Assembly: GCA_020636545.1 (NCBI GenBank)
Contig: JACJXS010000008.1
Coordinates: 159,530-223,529, forward strand
Direction of reading: 5' to 3'
Length of the DNA: 64,000 nt
From: Chitinophagales bacterium
Lineage (GTDB): Bacteria; Bacteroidota; Bacteroidia; Chitinophagales; JADIYW01
Translations under genes and position numbers: made by a program
The notes under the pieces: model-generated
Databases searched by the model: none
What the model saw: only the letters and a program-made list of their open reading frames with translations
What the model was told of the DNA's origin: nothing
In this document: positions 30,512-39,387 of the stretch, in pieces
Numbering within the stretch: the stretch's first letter is position 1
Layout: each line of letters starts with the position of its first letter

Positions 30512-31765
30512 ATGAAAGTAGATGTAATTCTTGGTTTGCAGTGGGGCGATGAAGGTAAAGGAAAAATTGTCGATTTTTTAGCAGACAAGTATGATGTGAT
30601 TGCAAGATTTCAAGGTGGGCCTAATGCTGGTCATACTTTAGTGATTGATGGTAAAAAACATGTATTGCATACCATTCCATCTGGAATTTTTAGAGCAGAT
30701 AAAATCAATTTTATTGGAAATGGTGTTGTAATTGACCCAGTTACTTTATTAAAAGAAATTAGAACAATTGAAAAAGAAGGTATTGATGTCAGCAAAAGAT
30801 TGATTATTGCCAAAAGAGCAAATATTATCCTACCTACACATAAAATTTTAGATGCAGCATCGGAAGCTTCAAAAGGCGATTCGAAAATTGGTTCTACTTT
30901 GAAAGGAATTGGACCAACCTATATGGATAAAACTGGAAGAAATGGTTTGAGAATGGGGGATATTTTAGAAACAGATTTTAAAGTAAAATATGAATTGCTA
31001 AAAAATAAGCATTTGCAATTACTACAAATCTATGATTATAACTTTGATTTAAAACCTATGGAAGAAGAATGGTTTGCAGCGATTGAAGAATTAAAAAAAT
31101 ATCAACAAGAAGAGTCTGTTTATTTTATAAATAATCTTTTAAAAGATGGGAAAAGAATTTTAGCAGAAGGCGCTCAAGGTTCTATGTTGGATATTGATTT
31201 CGGAACATACCCATTTGTAACATCTTCCAATACGATTACAGCCGCTGTTTGTACAGGTTTGGGCTTAGCTCCAAGTACAATAGGTAAGGTAATTGGAATT
31301 ACAAAAGCTTATTGTACAAGAGTAGGAAGTGGCCCATTCCCAACAGAATTAGATAATGAAGTGGGTGAAGAAATTAGAAAAGAAGGTGGCGAATTTGGTG
31401 CAACAACAGGTCGCCCAAGACGTTGTGGTTGGATAGATTTACCAGCCTTAAAATATACTTGCTTGGTAAATGGTGTTACTGATTTAGTTATTACAAAAGC
31501 AGATGTTTTAGAAGCATTTTATGAGTTTGGCGTATGTACAAGTTATCAATATAATGGGAATACAACACAAGAATTACCTTATGATATGATTAATGCTGAT
31601 ATAAAACCAAATTTTGAATATCGTCCATCTTGGGAGCATTTTTCTTATACCGATAAATTACCAGAAACCCTACAATCTTATGTAAATTTTATTGAGGAAT
31701 ATTTAGATACAAAGGTTAGTATGGTTTCAAACGGACCAGAGCGTGAGGCAATTATTGAATTGTAA
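30512..31765 (+). CDS. purA: Adenylosuccinate synthase
   Basis: 417 aa; QWGDEGKGK and GPNAGHT motifs. Confidence 0.95.
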   Translation: MKVDVILGLQWGDEGKGKIVDFLADKYDVIARFQGGPNAGHTLVIDGKKHVLHTIPSGIFRADKINFIGNGVVIDPVTLLKEIRTIEKEGIDVSKRLIIAKRANIILPTHKILDAASEASKGDSKIGSTLKGIGPTYMDKTGRNGLRMGDILETDFKVKYELLKNKHLQLLQIYDYNFDLKPMEEEWFAAIEELKKYQQEESVYFINNLLKDGKRILAEGAQGSMLDIDFGTYPFVTSSNTITAAVCTGLGLAPSTIGKVIGITKAYCTRVGSGPFPTELDNEVGEEIRKEGGEFGATTGRPRRCGWIDLPALKYTCLVNGVTDLVITKADVLEAFYEFGVCTSYQYNGNTTQELPYDMINADIKPNFEYRPSWEHFSYTDKLPETLQSYVNFIEEYLDTKVSMVSNGPEREAIIEL

Positions 31766-31779
31766 AACAATTACTGAAA

Positions 31780-33072
31780 ATGCATCAATTTTATACATTT
31801 TCAGTAGATGATATTTCTATTTTTAAAGAGAAAGTTTTAAAATTGTCTAGCATAGTAAATAACTTTTGTTATTTAGATGCTAATAATTATACGGGATATC
31901 CTTATTCTTCCTTTGGCTCTTTTTTTGCAATAGATGCTATTCATACGATTACATTTTCGAGAGAAGATAAAAATATATTACAACAATTTGAAGTTTTTAG
32001 AAAAGCACATCAATCGTGGCTTTTTGGCTTTTTAAGTTATGAATTAAAGAATGATATTGAATATGGAACACTATATTCTAATAATATTGATGGAATTGAC
32101 AATCCAGTTTTGAATTTTTTTATACCAAAATATATAATCAAAATTGAAGATAAAAAAGTAGAATTGGGTGTGCTGAATATTGATGCGGTTCAAGAATTTG
32201 AAACATTATTAAATCAAGCAGAGCAAATTATAAAAACAGCCTCTGAAGTCAAGATAAAACATAGAATTACAAAAGAGCAATATGTTGAAAATGTCCGACT
32301 AATTCAAGAGCAAATTAGAATTGGAAATGTTTATGAAATGAATTTTTGTCAAGAGTTTTATTCCGAAAATTCAAAGATAGATACATTGGAAACATTCCGA
32401 AAACTCAATGAATTATCACAAGCACCATTCAGTTGTTATTTTAAAAACAACCAGAATTATTTGATGTGTGCAAGTCCAGAAAGATTTCTTAAAAAATCAA
32501 AGCAAAAACTAATTACTCAACCAATAAAAGGTACAAGAAAAAGAAGTATTAATACCATTGAAGATAATAACAATAAACAAGAGCTATTGTCTAATGAAAA
32601 AGAGTTGAGTGAGAATGTTATGATTGTAGATTTGGTTCGAAATGATTTTTCAAAAATTGCTACTAAAAATAGTGTACAAGTAGAAGAACTTTTTGGTTTA
32701 TATTCTTTCAAGCAAGTACATCAATTAATTTCTACGATAAGCTGCCAAATTGGAGAAGAAAAATCGTTTAAAGATATTATTGAGGCGATGTTTCCGATGG
32801 GAAGCATGACAGGTGCTCCAAAGTTGGCAGCCATGCAATTGGCTGAAAAATACGAACAAACACAAAGAGGCATGTATTCTGGTGCGGTTGGATATATTAC
32901 ACCTAAAGGAAATTTTGATTTTAATGTAGTTATCCGAAGTATTTTATACAATGCTAAAAATCAGTATGTGTCCATACAAACAGGAAGTGCCATAACGATT
33001 GAATCTATTGCAGAGCAAGAATATGAAGAGTGTTTGGTAAAGGCTCAAGCTCTTTTTGAGGCTTTGAAATAA
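31780..33072 (+). CDS. pabB: Aminodeoxychorismate synthase component I (chorismate-binding enzyme family)
   Basis: 430 aa; SPERFL, GAPK, RGMYSGAVGY motifs; size fits PabB rather than TrpE. Confidence 0.7.
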   Translation: MHQFYTFSVDDISIFKEKVLKLSSIVNNFCYLDANNYTGYPYSSFGSFFAIDAIHTITFSREDKNILQQFEVFRKAHQSWLFGFLSYELKNDIEYGTLYSNNIDGIDNPVLNFFIPKYIIKIEDKKVELGVLNIDAVQEFETLLNQAEQIIKTASEVKIKHRITKEQYVENVRLIQEQIRIGNVYEMNFCQEFYSENSKIDTLETFRKLNELSQAPFSCYFKNNQNYLMCASPERFLKKSKQKLITQPIKGTRKRSINTIEDNNNKQELLSNEKELSENVMIVDLVRNDFSKIATKNSVQVEELFGLYSFKQVHQLISTISCQIGEEKSFKDIIEAMFPMGSMTGAPKLAAMQLAEKYEQTQRGMYSGAVGYITPKGNFDFNVVIRSILYNAKNQYVSIQTGSAITIESIAEQEYEECLVKAQALFEALK

Positions 33073-33127
33073 CTAATTTTAACAGTCTTCGTAAATAGAC
33101 TTTCACAATAAAAAGTATTTAAAATCA

Positions 33128-33135
33128 TACCTTTG
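33128..33135 (+). promoter_or_regulatory. Candidate -7 box (TACCTTTG) upstream of DUF423 gene
   Basis: Exact TAnnTTTG match 16 nt before ATG 33152. Confidence 0.45.
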
Positions 33136-33151
33136 TACTAAAATTTAGTAT

Positions 33152-33547
33152 ATGTATAAGTTATTTGGTCTAATTGCTTCTGCTTATGGCATTATTGCAG
33201 TGATTTTAGGAGCTTTTGGGGCTCATGCACTCAAAACAAAATTAGATGATTATCAACATCAAATTTATGATAAAGCGGTGCATTATCAATTTTTTCATAT
33301 TGTCGCTTTAATGGCAGTATTCTTATTGTCAAAATTTTATCCTTCTAAAGCATTGAATTTATCAGGTTGGTTTTTTACAATGGGTACTTTGTTATTTAGT
33401 GGCTCTTTATACTTATTAGCAACACGGCATTTATTGGGACTTGATAATTTTTCAAAAGTATTAGGTCCAGTAACACCATTAGGAGGATTGTCTTTTATTG
33501 TCGGGTGGGTTTTTTTGTTTGTGGCTATTCTAAAAATCAAAGCATAA
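33152..33547 (+). CDS. DUF423 (YgdD/TMEM256-like) small membrane protein
   Basis: 131 aa, four TM helices, ..LGAFGAHALK.. motif. Confidence 0.75.
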   Translation: MYKLFGLIASAYGIIAVILGAFGAHALKTKLDDYQHQIYDKAVHYQFFHIVALMAVFLLSKFYPSKALNLSGWFFTMGTLLFSGSLYLLATRHLLGLDNFSKVLGPVTPLGGLSFIVGWVFLFVAILKIKA

Positions 33548-36054
33548 TGTATTATAGGTGTATTTTTCTATTTCTTTTTTTATTCTTTTCTTTTAATAAA
33601 TTAAGTGCTCAAAATTCAGAAAGCATTAACCCAAAAGACGCTCCAGCCATTGGACGAGTTTTTGGAAAAGTTGTAGATGCTACAAATTATCAAGCCTTGA
33701 GTTACGCTACTGTTTTTCTTTCCAATTTAAAAGACAGCACGATTCAATATGCTAATTTGGTGGATGATGACGGAAAATTTGAAATCTCAACTATTAAAAT
33801 TGGTGCTTATAAATTAATCATCAATTATTTAGGATATAAAGATTATGTGATTGAAAAGTTGTTGATTATACCACCTGATAAAATCAATCAAGATATTGGA
33901 ATAATTAAAGTGGAAGAAGACAGCAAAGTGTTGCAAGAAGTACAAATCGTTGGCGAAAAAGCATTGATGCAATTGCAGGCGGATAAAAAAGTATTTAATG
34001 TAGAAAAAAGTGCATTAAGTGCTGGGGGTTCGGTTGTAGATGTATTGAGACAAACGCCCACTATTGATGTAGATGCCGACGGAAATATTTCTACACGAGG
34101 CTCTGGAAATTTGCAAGTTTATATTAATGGTAAACCTTCTGGAATTACTGGAGCAAATAAACAAGCTGTATTAGATGCTATTCCAGCAAGTGCTATCGAA
34201 AGTATTGAAATTATGAATAATCCAAATGCCAAATTTGATGCCGAAGGTGAAGCTGGAATTATTAATATTATCCTCAAAAAAAATTACACTAAAGGCATAA
34301 ACGGAAGTGTGTATGTTGGTTATCGAACAGTATATAAAAATAGTTTAGGAGCATCTATCAATTTTAGGAAAAAGAAAATTGGGGTCACAACTTCTTATAA
34401 TTTTAAGTTCCATGAAACACATTGGAGTGGATATGATAGAAGAAAAAACATTAACCAAGATAGCTCCTTTTTTTATTTGAATACAGATAATAAAGGATTG
34501 CAAAAGCATAGTTATTTTAATACAATTAGTACGCAGTTGGATTATGATATTAATGAAAAAAATACCATTACAATTGGGAGTTTGTTTGGTTCTAATTGGC
34601 GAGAGAATACAGGCACAACACAATATAATTTCTTAGATGAAAATCAAAGTACTTACAATTATTTTGAACGATATAGACATACTAAGAAATTTAATTGGAA
34701 TGTAGATGCAAATGTATATTATACTAAAACTTTTAAATCTAATAAGCATAATTTGATTGTCGCTTCTAATTATTCTATTTCGGTAGATAAAGATGATCCT
34801 CAATACCAACAACAAGCTTTTTTGAATGATAAAACCATCGATTTTAACATTCCACGCTCTATAGAAAATAATAGAACAAAAGATAGAGCACATTCTTATC
34901 AAATCCAAGTTGATTATTCACAACCATTTGATAAATCTAAATCTTTATTAGAAGTTGGTACAAAAGTTACTTATAGGAACTTAATCAATGATTTCTATGC
35001 TGATTCATTGAATAGAGCCACCAATATGATTATCCTAAATAATGGTTTGACGAATAATTTTAAGTATCAAGAAATTGTGAATGCTGTTTATGGCGTATTT
35101 AGCGGTGCTTATAAAAAATTCTCCTACAAAACAGGATTAAGAATGGAGCAAACAAATATTTTTGGAAGTCAAAGTGTTGGGAATTTGGACTTTAATCGTC
35201 ATTACTATGATTTCTTCCCATCTATATTTTTAGCACAAGAATTTAAAAATAATCATAAGTTACAATTTCAATATCGAAGAAGCATTAATCGTCCATCTGC
35301 CCATCAGTTAAATCCATTTGGAGAACAACAAGACCCATTTAATATACGCAAAGGAAATCCACTTTTATTGCCAATTTATACAAACGCAGTTGAATTAAGT
35401 TATGTGAAAAATTTTAAGAAATTATTTTTAACCACAACAGTTTATTATCGTCAATCTAAAAATCCATATACTATGTTTAGAACTGTAGATAGTACAGGTA
35501 TATCTATTATTGATTTTGGCAATTTAGATAAAGGGCGAAATATTGGAACAGAAATTATTGCTCGTATTCAATTGACAAAATGGTGGAATTTAATGGCAAA
35601 TACCAATGTATTTTATAATATGTTGGAAGGTAAAGTTCCTAATTTAGAAGTATCGCAAGATGCTAATAGTATGACTTGGAATTTGCGATTAATCAGTACG
35701 ATGAAGGTTTGGAAAACAGGAGAAATTCAGCTCATGTGGTTTTATAGAGGTAAGAATAAATTTCTACAAGGCGAAATCAGACCAATGTCTTTCTTTAATA
35801 TAGGATTCCGAAAAGATTTCTTGAAAGATAATAAAGCTAGTATAGCATTTAATTTTACGGATGTTTTCCGAACACAAAGTTTTAGAATTATAAATAAAGG
35901 TGCAAATTTTGAAGGAAATACCAAACGAAATTGGGATAGTACAATTGCTTCTATAACATTTACTTATAAATTTGGTAAGCAAGATAGCAAGCCAGCACAG
36001 CAACAAAAAAAGCAAGACGATAATAATCAAGGAATTGATGGAGGTGGGTTTTAA
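33547..36054 (+). CDS. Outer-membrane beta-barrel/TonB-dependent receptor-like protein with CarboxypepD_reg domain
   Basis: Start reset to MYYRCIFLFLFLFFSFNKLSAQ (TAATG overlap with the DUF423 stop). GKVVDA..DDGKFEI N-domain. C-terminal ..TFTYKFG.. plus Gly-rich tail ending in F. Confidence 0.75.
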   Translation: MYYRCIFLFLFLFFSFNKLSAQNSESINPKDAPAIGRVFGKVVDATNYQALSYATVFLSNLKDSTIQYANLVDDDGKFEISTIKIGAYKLIINYLGYKDYVIEKLLIIPPDKINQDIGIIKVEEDSKVLQEVQIVGEKALMQLQADKKVFNVEKSALSAGGSVVDVLRQTPTIDVDADGNISTRGSGNLQVYINGKPSGITGANKQAVLDAIPASAIESIEIMNNPNAKFDAEGEAGIINIILKKNYTKGINGSVYVGYRTVYKNSLGASINFRKKKIGVTTSYNFKFHETHWSGYDRRKNINQDSSFFYLNTDNKGLQKHSYFNTISTQLDYDINEKNTITIGSLFGSNWRENTGTTQYNFLDENQSTYNYFERYRHTKKFNWNVDANVYYTKTFKSNKHNLIVASNYSISVDKDDPQYQQQAFLNDKTIDFNIPRSIENNRTKDRAHSYQIQVDYSQPFDKSKSLLEVGTKVTYRNLINDFYADSLNRATNMIILNNGLTNNFKYQEIVNAVYGVFSGAYKKFSYKTGLRMEQTNIFGSQSVGNLDFNRHYYDFFPSIFLAQEFKNNHKLQFQYRRSINRPSAHQLNPFGEQQDPFNIRKGNPLLLPIYTNAVELSYVKNFKKLFLTTTVYYRQSKNPYTMFRTVDSTGISIIDFGNLDKGRNIGTEIIARIQLTKWWNLMANTNVFYNMLEGKVPNLEVSQDANSMTWNLRLISTMKVWKTGEIQLMWFYRGKNKFLQGEIRPMSFFNIGFRKDFLKDNKASIAFNFTDVFRTQSFRIINKGANFEGNTKRNWDSTIASITFTYKFGKQDSKPAQQQKKQDDNNQGIDGGGF

Positions 36055-36141
36055 TTGATGGAAACTTTTTCCTAAAGTATGATTGTTGTCTTGTTTGATT
36101 GTATTTAATTTTTGAAACTTAACTAATGATAAGTAACCGTA

Positions 36142-36172
36142 TTTGGTTATTTAAAAAATAGTTTTATCTTTG
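36142..36172 (+). promoter_or_regulatory. Candidate Bacteroidetes promoter (-33 TTTG at 36142-36145, -7 TATCTTTG at 36165-36172)
   Basis: Both consensus elements present with 19-nt spacing, 22 nt upstream of ATG 36195. Confidence 0.5.
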
Positions 36173-36194
36173 TTAATAAATTAATACACTAAAA

Positions 36195-36851
36195 ATGAAA
36201 AAATTATTTAACAGATTGGCAATTTTCCTTGCCGTAATCCTTTTTACAGGAGCTTGTTCTAAAGAAAGTAATTTAAAACCAACTTTAGAAGACAGAATCT
36301 CTCAAGATGTAAACTTGAAAAAAGCGATTGACAATGCAACAGATTTATATACAAGCTTGTCAAGAGAGTATGTACAAACAGCTGCACAAAACAGTGAGTT
36401 AGAACTTTTAGCAAATAAAATCAATAACAAAACAGCAACGGCTGCTGATTATGCTAGAGTTCAACAAATCGTTGGAATGCCTTATGATGAGTTCATTGGA
36501 AAAGTAAGAAATTTTGCTCTTTCTTTAAATGATTTAGCTAAATCAAATCCTGAATTAGCTAAAATGGATGCTGCACAAGCTCAAAAAGTTTTAACTAAAG
36601 CAATTGATTCAAATCCAGAATTAAGAAGCAGTTTAGGAAAAACTTTAGTTATCAACGGAAAAGCAGAAAAATGTCCATTAAGAGATATTTGCAACTTAGC
36701 AGTTACATTAACAAAAATGTTTGCTGGTGATGCTATCTGTGCTGCAATCAACGTTACTACAATTCCTGTAGTTGGTGGTTTATTATGTTCTTTAGTATTG
36801 AATTTAGGTGCTGGTTTATTGACTGCAATTTGCAATGCATTGCCTTGCTAA
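36195..36851 (+). CDS. Lipoprotein with helical N-domain and hydrophobic Cys/Gly-rich C-terminal segment
   Basis: 218 aa; lipobox LFTGAC; last 59 aa carry six Cys. Confidence 0.5.
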   Translation: MKKLFNRLAIFLAVILFTGACSKESNLKPTLEDRISQDVNLKKAIDNATDLYTSLSREYVQTAAQNSELELLANKINNKTATAADYARVQQIVGMPYDEFIGKVRNFALSLNDLAKSNPELAKMDAAQAQKVLTKAIDSNPELRSSLGKTLVINGKAEKCPLRDICNLAVTLTKMFAGDAICAAINVTTIPVVGGLLCSLVLNLGAGLLTAICNALPC

Positions 36852-36875
36852 TTTTTTCTAAAACTAAATATATTA

Positions 36876-36912
36876 CAAAGTCTTTTCCTTCTGGAAAAGA
36901 CTTTGTTTTTTT
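36876..36912 (+). terminator. Rho-independent terminator
   Basis: 13-bp perfect stem CAAAGTCTTTTCC/GGAAAAGACTTTG, loop TTCT, then T7. Confidence 0.8.
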
Positions 36913-36926
36913 ATAGTAAATTATAG

Positions 36927-36934
36927 TAAATTTG
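36927..36934 (+). promoter_or_regulatory. Candidate -7 box (TAAATTTG) for dcd
   Basis: TAnnTTTG match 15 nt before ATG 36950; it sits in a tandem 10-nt repeat TTATAGTAAA x2 (36911-36930). Confidence 0.45.
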
Positions 36935-36949
36935 TAGCAAAAATTACAC

Positions 36950-37486
36950 ATGATTTTATCAGATATAGAGATATTGAAAGAGATTGAAAAAGGTAATATT
37001 CTCATAGAACCTTATGATAGAAAATATCTCGGTACTAATTCTTATGATGTACATTTGTCTAAATACTTAGCTGTTTATGAAGATAAAGAACTCGATGCTA
37101 GAAAGCATAATAAGATTAGAGAAATTCTCATTCCAGAAGAGGGTTTTGTCTTGCAACCGGGTACACTTTATTTAGGATCAACTTTAGAATATACTGAAAC
37201 ACTTGCACATGTTCCTTTTTTGGAAGGAAAATCCAGTATGGGACGTTTAGGTATTGATATTCATGCCACAGCAGGAAAAGGAGATGTCGGCTTTTGTAAT
37301 CATTGGACTTTAGAGATTTCATGTATTCACCCAGTTCGAGTATATGCAGGAATGCCAGTTGGACAATTGATTTATTTTTGTGTTCAAGGAGCTATTGAAA
37401 ATCTATACAATAAAAAATCAAGTGCAAAATACACTCAACGTACATCAAAGCCTATGGAAAGTATGATGTGGAAGAATAATTTTTAA
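36950..37486 (+). CDS. dcd: dCTP deaminase
   Basis: 178 aa; MILSD..I; GKSSMGRLGI motif. Confidence 0.9.
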   Translation: MILSDIEILKEIEKGNILIEPYDRKYLGTNSYDVHLSKYLAVYEDKELDARKHNKIREILIPEEGFVLQPGTLYLGSTLEYTETLAHVPFLEGKSSMGRLGIDIHATAGKGDVGFCNHWTLEISCIHPVRVYAGMPVGQLIYFCVQGAIENLYNKKSSAKYTQRTSKPMESMMWKNNF

Positions 37487-37503
37487 AGATTGATTGTATA
37501 AAC

Positions 37504-38211
37504 TTATCCAAATAAATTTGGTTCAACAGGTAATTGCCAATTGATTTCAGATTTTCCTTGCTGTCTTAAAATTTGATTGACCTTTTCAAAATGGTTACAA
37601 CCAAAGAATCCATTGTGTGCCGAAAAAGGTGAAGGGTGTGCTGCTTTCAAAATATGATGTCTGTTTTCATCAATTAAACTTGCTTTTTGTTGTGCGAAAT
37701 TTCCCCAAAGTATAAATATTATACCTTCTCTATTTTGTGATAATTTGGAAATACTAGCATCTGTAAAATGCTCCCAACCTTTCTTTTGATGAGAAGCTGG
37801 TTTATTTTTCTCGACTGTTAATATCGAATTTAACAAAAGTACACCTTGCTTTGCCCAAGTCTCTAAATTTCCATGGTTTGGAATTTTAAAATTAGGGTAA
37901 TTATTTTTTATTTCTTTATAGATATTCACTAATGATGGTGGAGGTTTAATACCATATTGCACAGAAAAACACAAACCATGTGCTTGTCCAATGCCATGAT
38001 ATGGGTCTTGTCCAATAATAACCACTTTAACGTCATCGAATGGTGTAAAATTATACGCATTAAAAATTTGCACAATTTTTGGGAAAAATATACGATTTTC
38101 AGCTTTTTCTTGCGCTAAGAAATCTATTAAGTTTTTAAAATAAGATTTTTGAAATTCATCAGCTAATTGTAATTTCCAAGTAGCTTCTATCTGTATTTCG
38201 GTATTCAACAT
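37504..38211 (-). CDS. ung: Uracil-DNA glycosylase (family 1)
   Basis: 235 aa; GQDPYHG, ..LLLN.., HPSPFSA motifs. Confidence 0.92.
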   Translation of the reverse strand: MLNTEIQIEATWKLQLADEFQKSYFKNLIDFLAQEKAENRIFFPKIVQIFNAYNFTPFDDVKVVIIGQDPYHGIGQAHGLCFSVQYGIKPPPSLVNIYKEIKNNYPNFKIPNHGNLETWAKQGVLLLNSILTVEKNKPASHQKKGWEHFTDASISKLSQNREGIIFILWGNFAQQKASLIDENRHHILKAAHPSPFSAHNGFFGCNHFEKVNQILRQQGKSEINWQLPVEPNLFG

Positions 38212-38254
38212 AATTTTTTAATAATCAAATGTATAAAATTAACTAAAAACTTAA

Positions 38255-38262
38255 TATCTTTG
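38255..38262 (+). promoter_or_regulatory. Candidate -7 box (TATCTTTG) for tRNA-Arg
   Basis: TAnnTTTG match 17 nt upstream of the tRNA 5' end. Confidence 0.45.
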
Positions 38263-38279
38263 CAAACCAAAACAAGGTA

Positions 38280-38352
38280 GGTCGCGTAGCTCAGGGGATA
38301 GAGCAACTGCCTTCTAAGCAGTTGGTCGCACGTTCGAATCGTGCCGCGATCA
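38280..38352 (+). tRNA. tRNA-Arg (anticodon TCT, 38313-38315)
   Basis: Hand-folded cloverleaf: 7-bp acceptor (one G-U), 4-bp D stem, anticodon stem ACTGC/GCAGT with loop CTTCTAA, T arm GCACG-TTCGAAT-CGTGC, discriminator A; no encoded CCA. Confidence 0.9.
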
Positions 38353-38359
38353 CAGTAAA

Positions 38360-38399
38360 ATAAGGGTTTTGGCGGAATGCTGAAGCCCTTATTTTTTTT
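38360..38399 (+). terminator. Rho-independent terminator after tRNA-Arg
   Basis: 10-bp stem ATAAGGGTTT/AAGCCCTTAT (one G-U), 13-nt loop, followed by a T-run. Confidence 0.6.
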
Positions 38400-38420
38400 A
38401 TGTGACCTCAAATGTGACCT
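38400..38420. repeat. Tandem direct repeat ATGTGACCT x2 (12-nt period)
   Basis: Exact 9-mers at 38400-38408 and 38412-38420, directly after the tRNA terminator. Confidence 0.8.
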
Positions 38421-38522
38421 TAATTCGGTTAAATAAGTGAAACTCCACAACAATTAAAGGAAAATAAGTAGATGGGTTTAGGGTTGCCGGTTGTCTATCA
38501 TTAGCAAAGGCGGACTGAGATT

Positions 38523-38717
38523 TTAGTTTAATTGCTTGAAAACAACATCAAACTGTAATCCCATATACTGGCAAAATTCATCAATAGTAACAACTTGATG
38601 TTGCTCTTTATTGAAGTACTCCTTAATCTTCTTAATAAGGTATCTGCCATATCGGTCACTTTTGCCTGTGATTATCTGAATGTCTTTCGGATAGATACAC
38701 AGTCTATTCATTGTCAA
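38523..38717 (-). CDS. Small putative DNA-binding protein (HTH/excisionase-like)
   Basis: 64 aa; ..YPKDIQIITGKSDRYGRYLIKKIK.. resembles short HTH proteins of Bacteroidota islands; family not verified. Confidence 0.4.
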   Translation of the reverse strand: MTMNRLCIYPKDIQIITGKSDRYGRYLIKKIKEYFNKEQHQVVTIDEFCQYMGLQFDVVFKQLN

Positions 38718-38850
38718 ATATTCAATTTATATGTAAAGGTAATTAATTTTTCACACAGACAAAAGTGTGTTAGTTGGCATAATTATGCAAAATCGGAAAA
38801 GTCGGAAGCACATATTTTACAAGCGTGATAATCGTATCTATATTTGACAT

Positions 38851-39360
38851 ATGATTCGAGCGATGAAGGCAATATCAATCCTATTAATCTGTGCTTTTGG
38901 CATGAAAATGCAGGCAAACGATTCAGCAAGAGTTGTTAAAGTATTGGATGGTGATACTTATGTTTTTAGAAAAGGGAATAAGGATTTCACCGTTCGGCTT
39001 AACAATGTGGATGCTCCTGAGAGTAAACAGCATTATGGGTTTCAGTCTGGATTATATACCAGTCAGACGATACTGGGGAAAGTCGTTAGATATGACAGCA
39101 CCGGGACGGATGTTTATAAGCGTGTTCTTGCGGATGTGTGGGTGGATAATAAAAGGTTGGATAGCCTGTTGATAAGAAACGGATGGGCTTGGCAATATGT
39201 ACAGTATAGCAATGATTTAGTCTTGAAGAACTGTATGCAGCTCGCGATGGATGAAAAGATAGGATTATGGAAATGTGGCACTATGGCTGTATGTCCTCCT
39301 TCACTATGGCGGAGTTATTCAAAGAAAGACAGAATTAGATTTTGTGACAGATGTAAATAA
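38851..39360 (+). CDS. Secreted thermonuclease (staphylococcal nuclease, SNase) family protein
   Basis: 169 aa; signal peptide; VVKVLDGDTYVF..VRLNNVDAPES..YG SNase motifs. A TATATTTG box at 38839-38846 suggests the true start may be the second Met (38863). Confidence 0.8.
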   Translation: MIRAMKAISILLICAFGMKMQANDSARVVKVLDGDTYVFRKGNKDFTVRLNNVDAPESKQHYGFQSGLYTSQTILGKVVRYDSTGTDVYKRVLADVWVDNKRLDSLLIRNGWAWQYVQYSNDLVLKNCMQLAMDEKIGLWKCGTMAVCPPSLWRSYSKKDRIRFCDRCK

Positions 39361-39387
39361 TTAATTAAACATAAAAATTTTTAAGTT

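Noticed and set aside
33505-33546. N-terminal extension of the outer-membrane barrel ORF
   Set aside because: It overlaps the DUF423 gene. The Met at 33547 gives a normal signal peptide and a TAATG stop/start junction.
38205-38453. 82-aa minus-strand ORF
   Set aside because: It is antisense across tRNA-Arg and its terminator, so it is spurious.
38595-39172. Plus-strand ORFs 38595-38828 and 38933-39172
   Set aside because: The first is antisense to the small HTH gene. The second is an out-of-frame ORF inside the nuclease gene. Neither has protein-like sequence.
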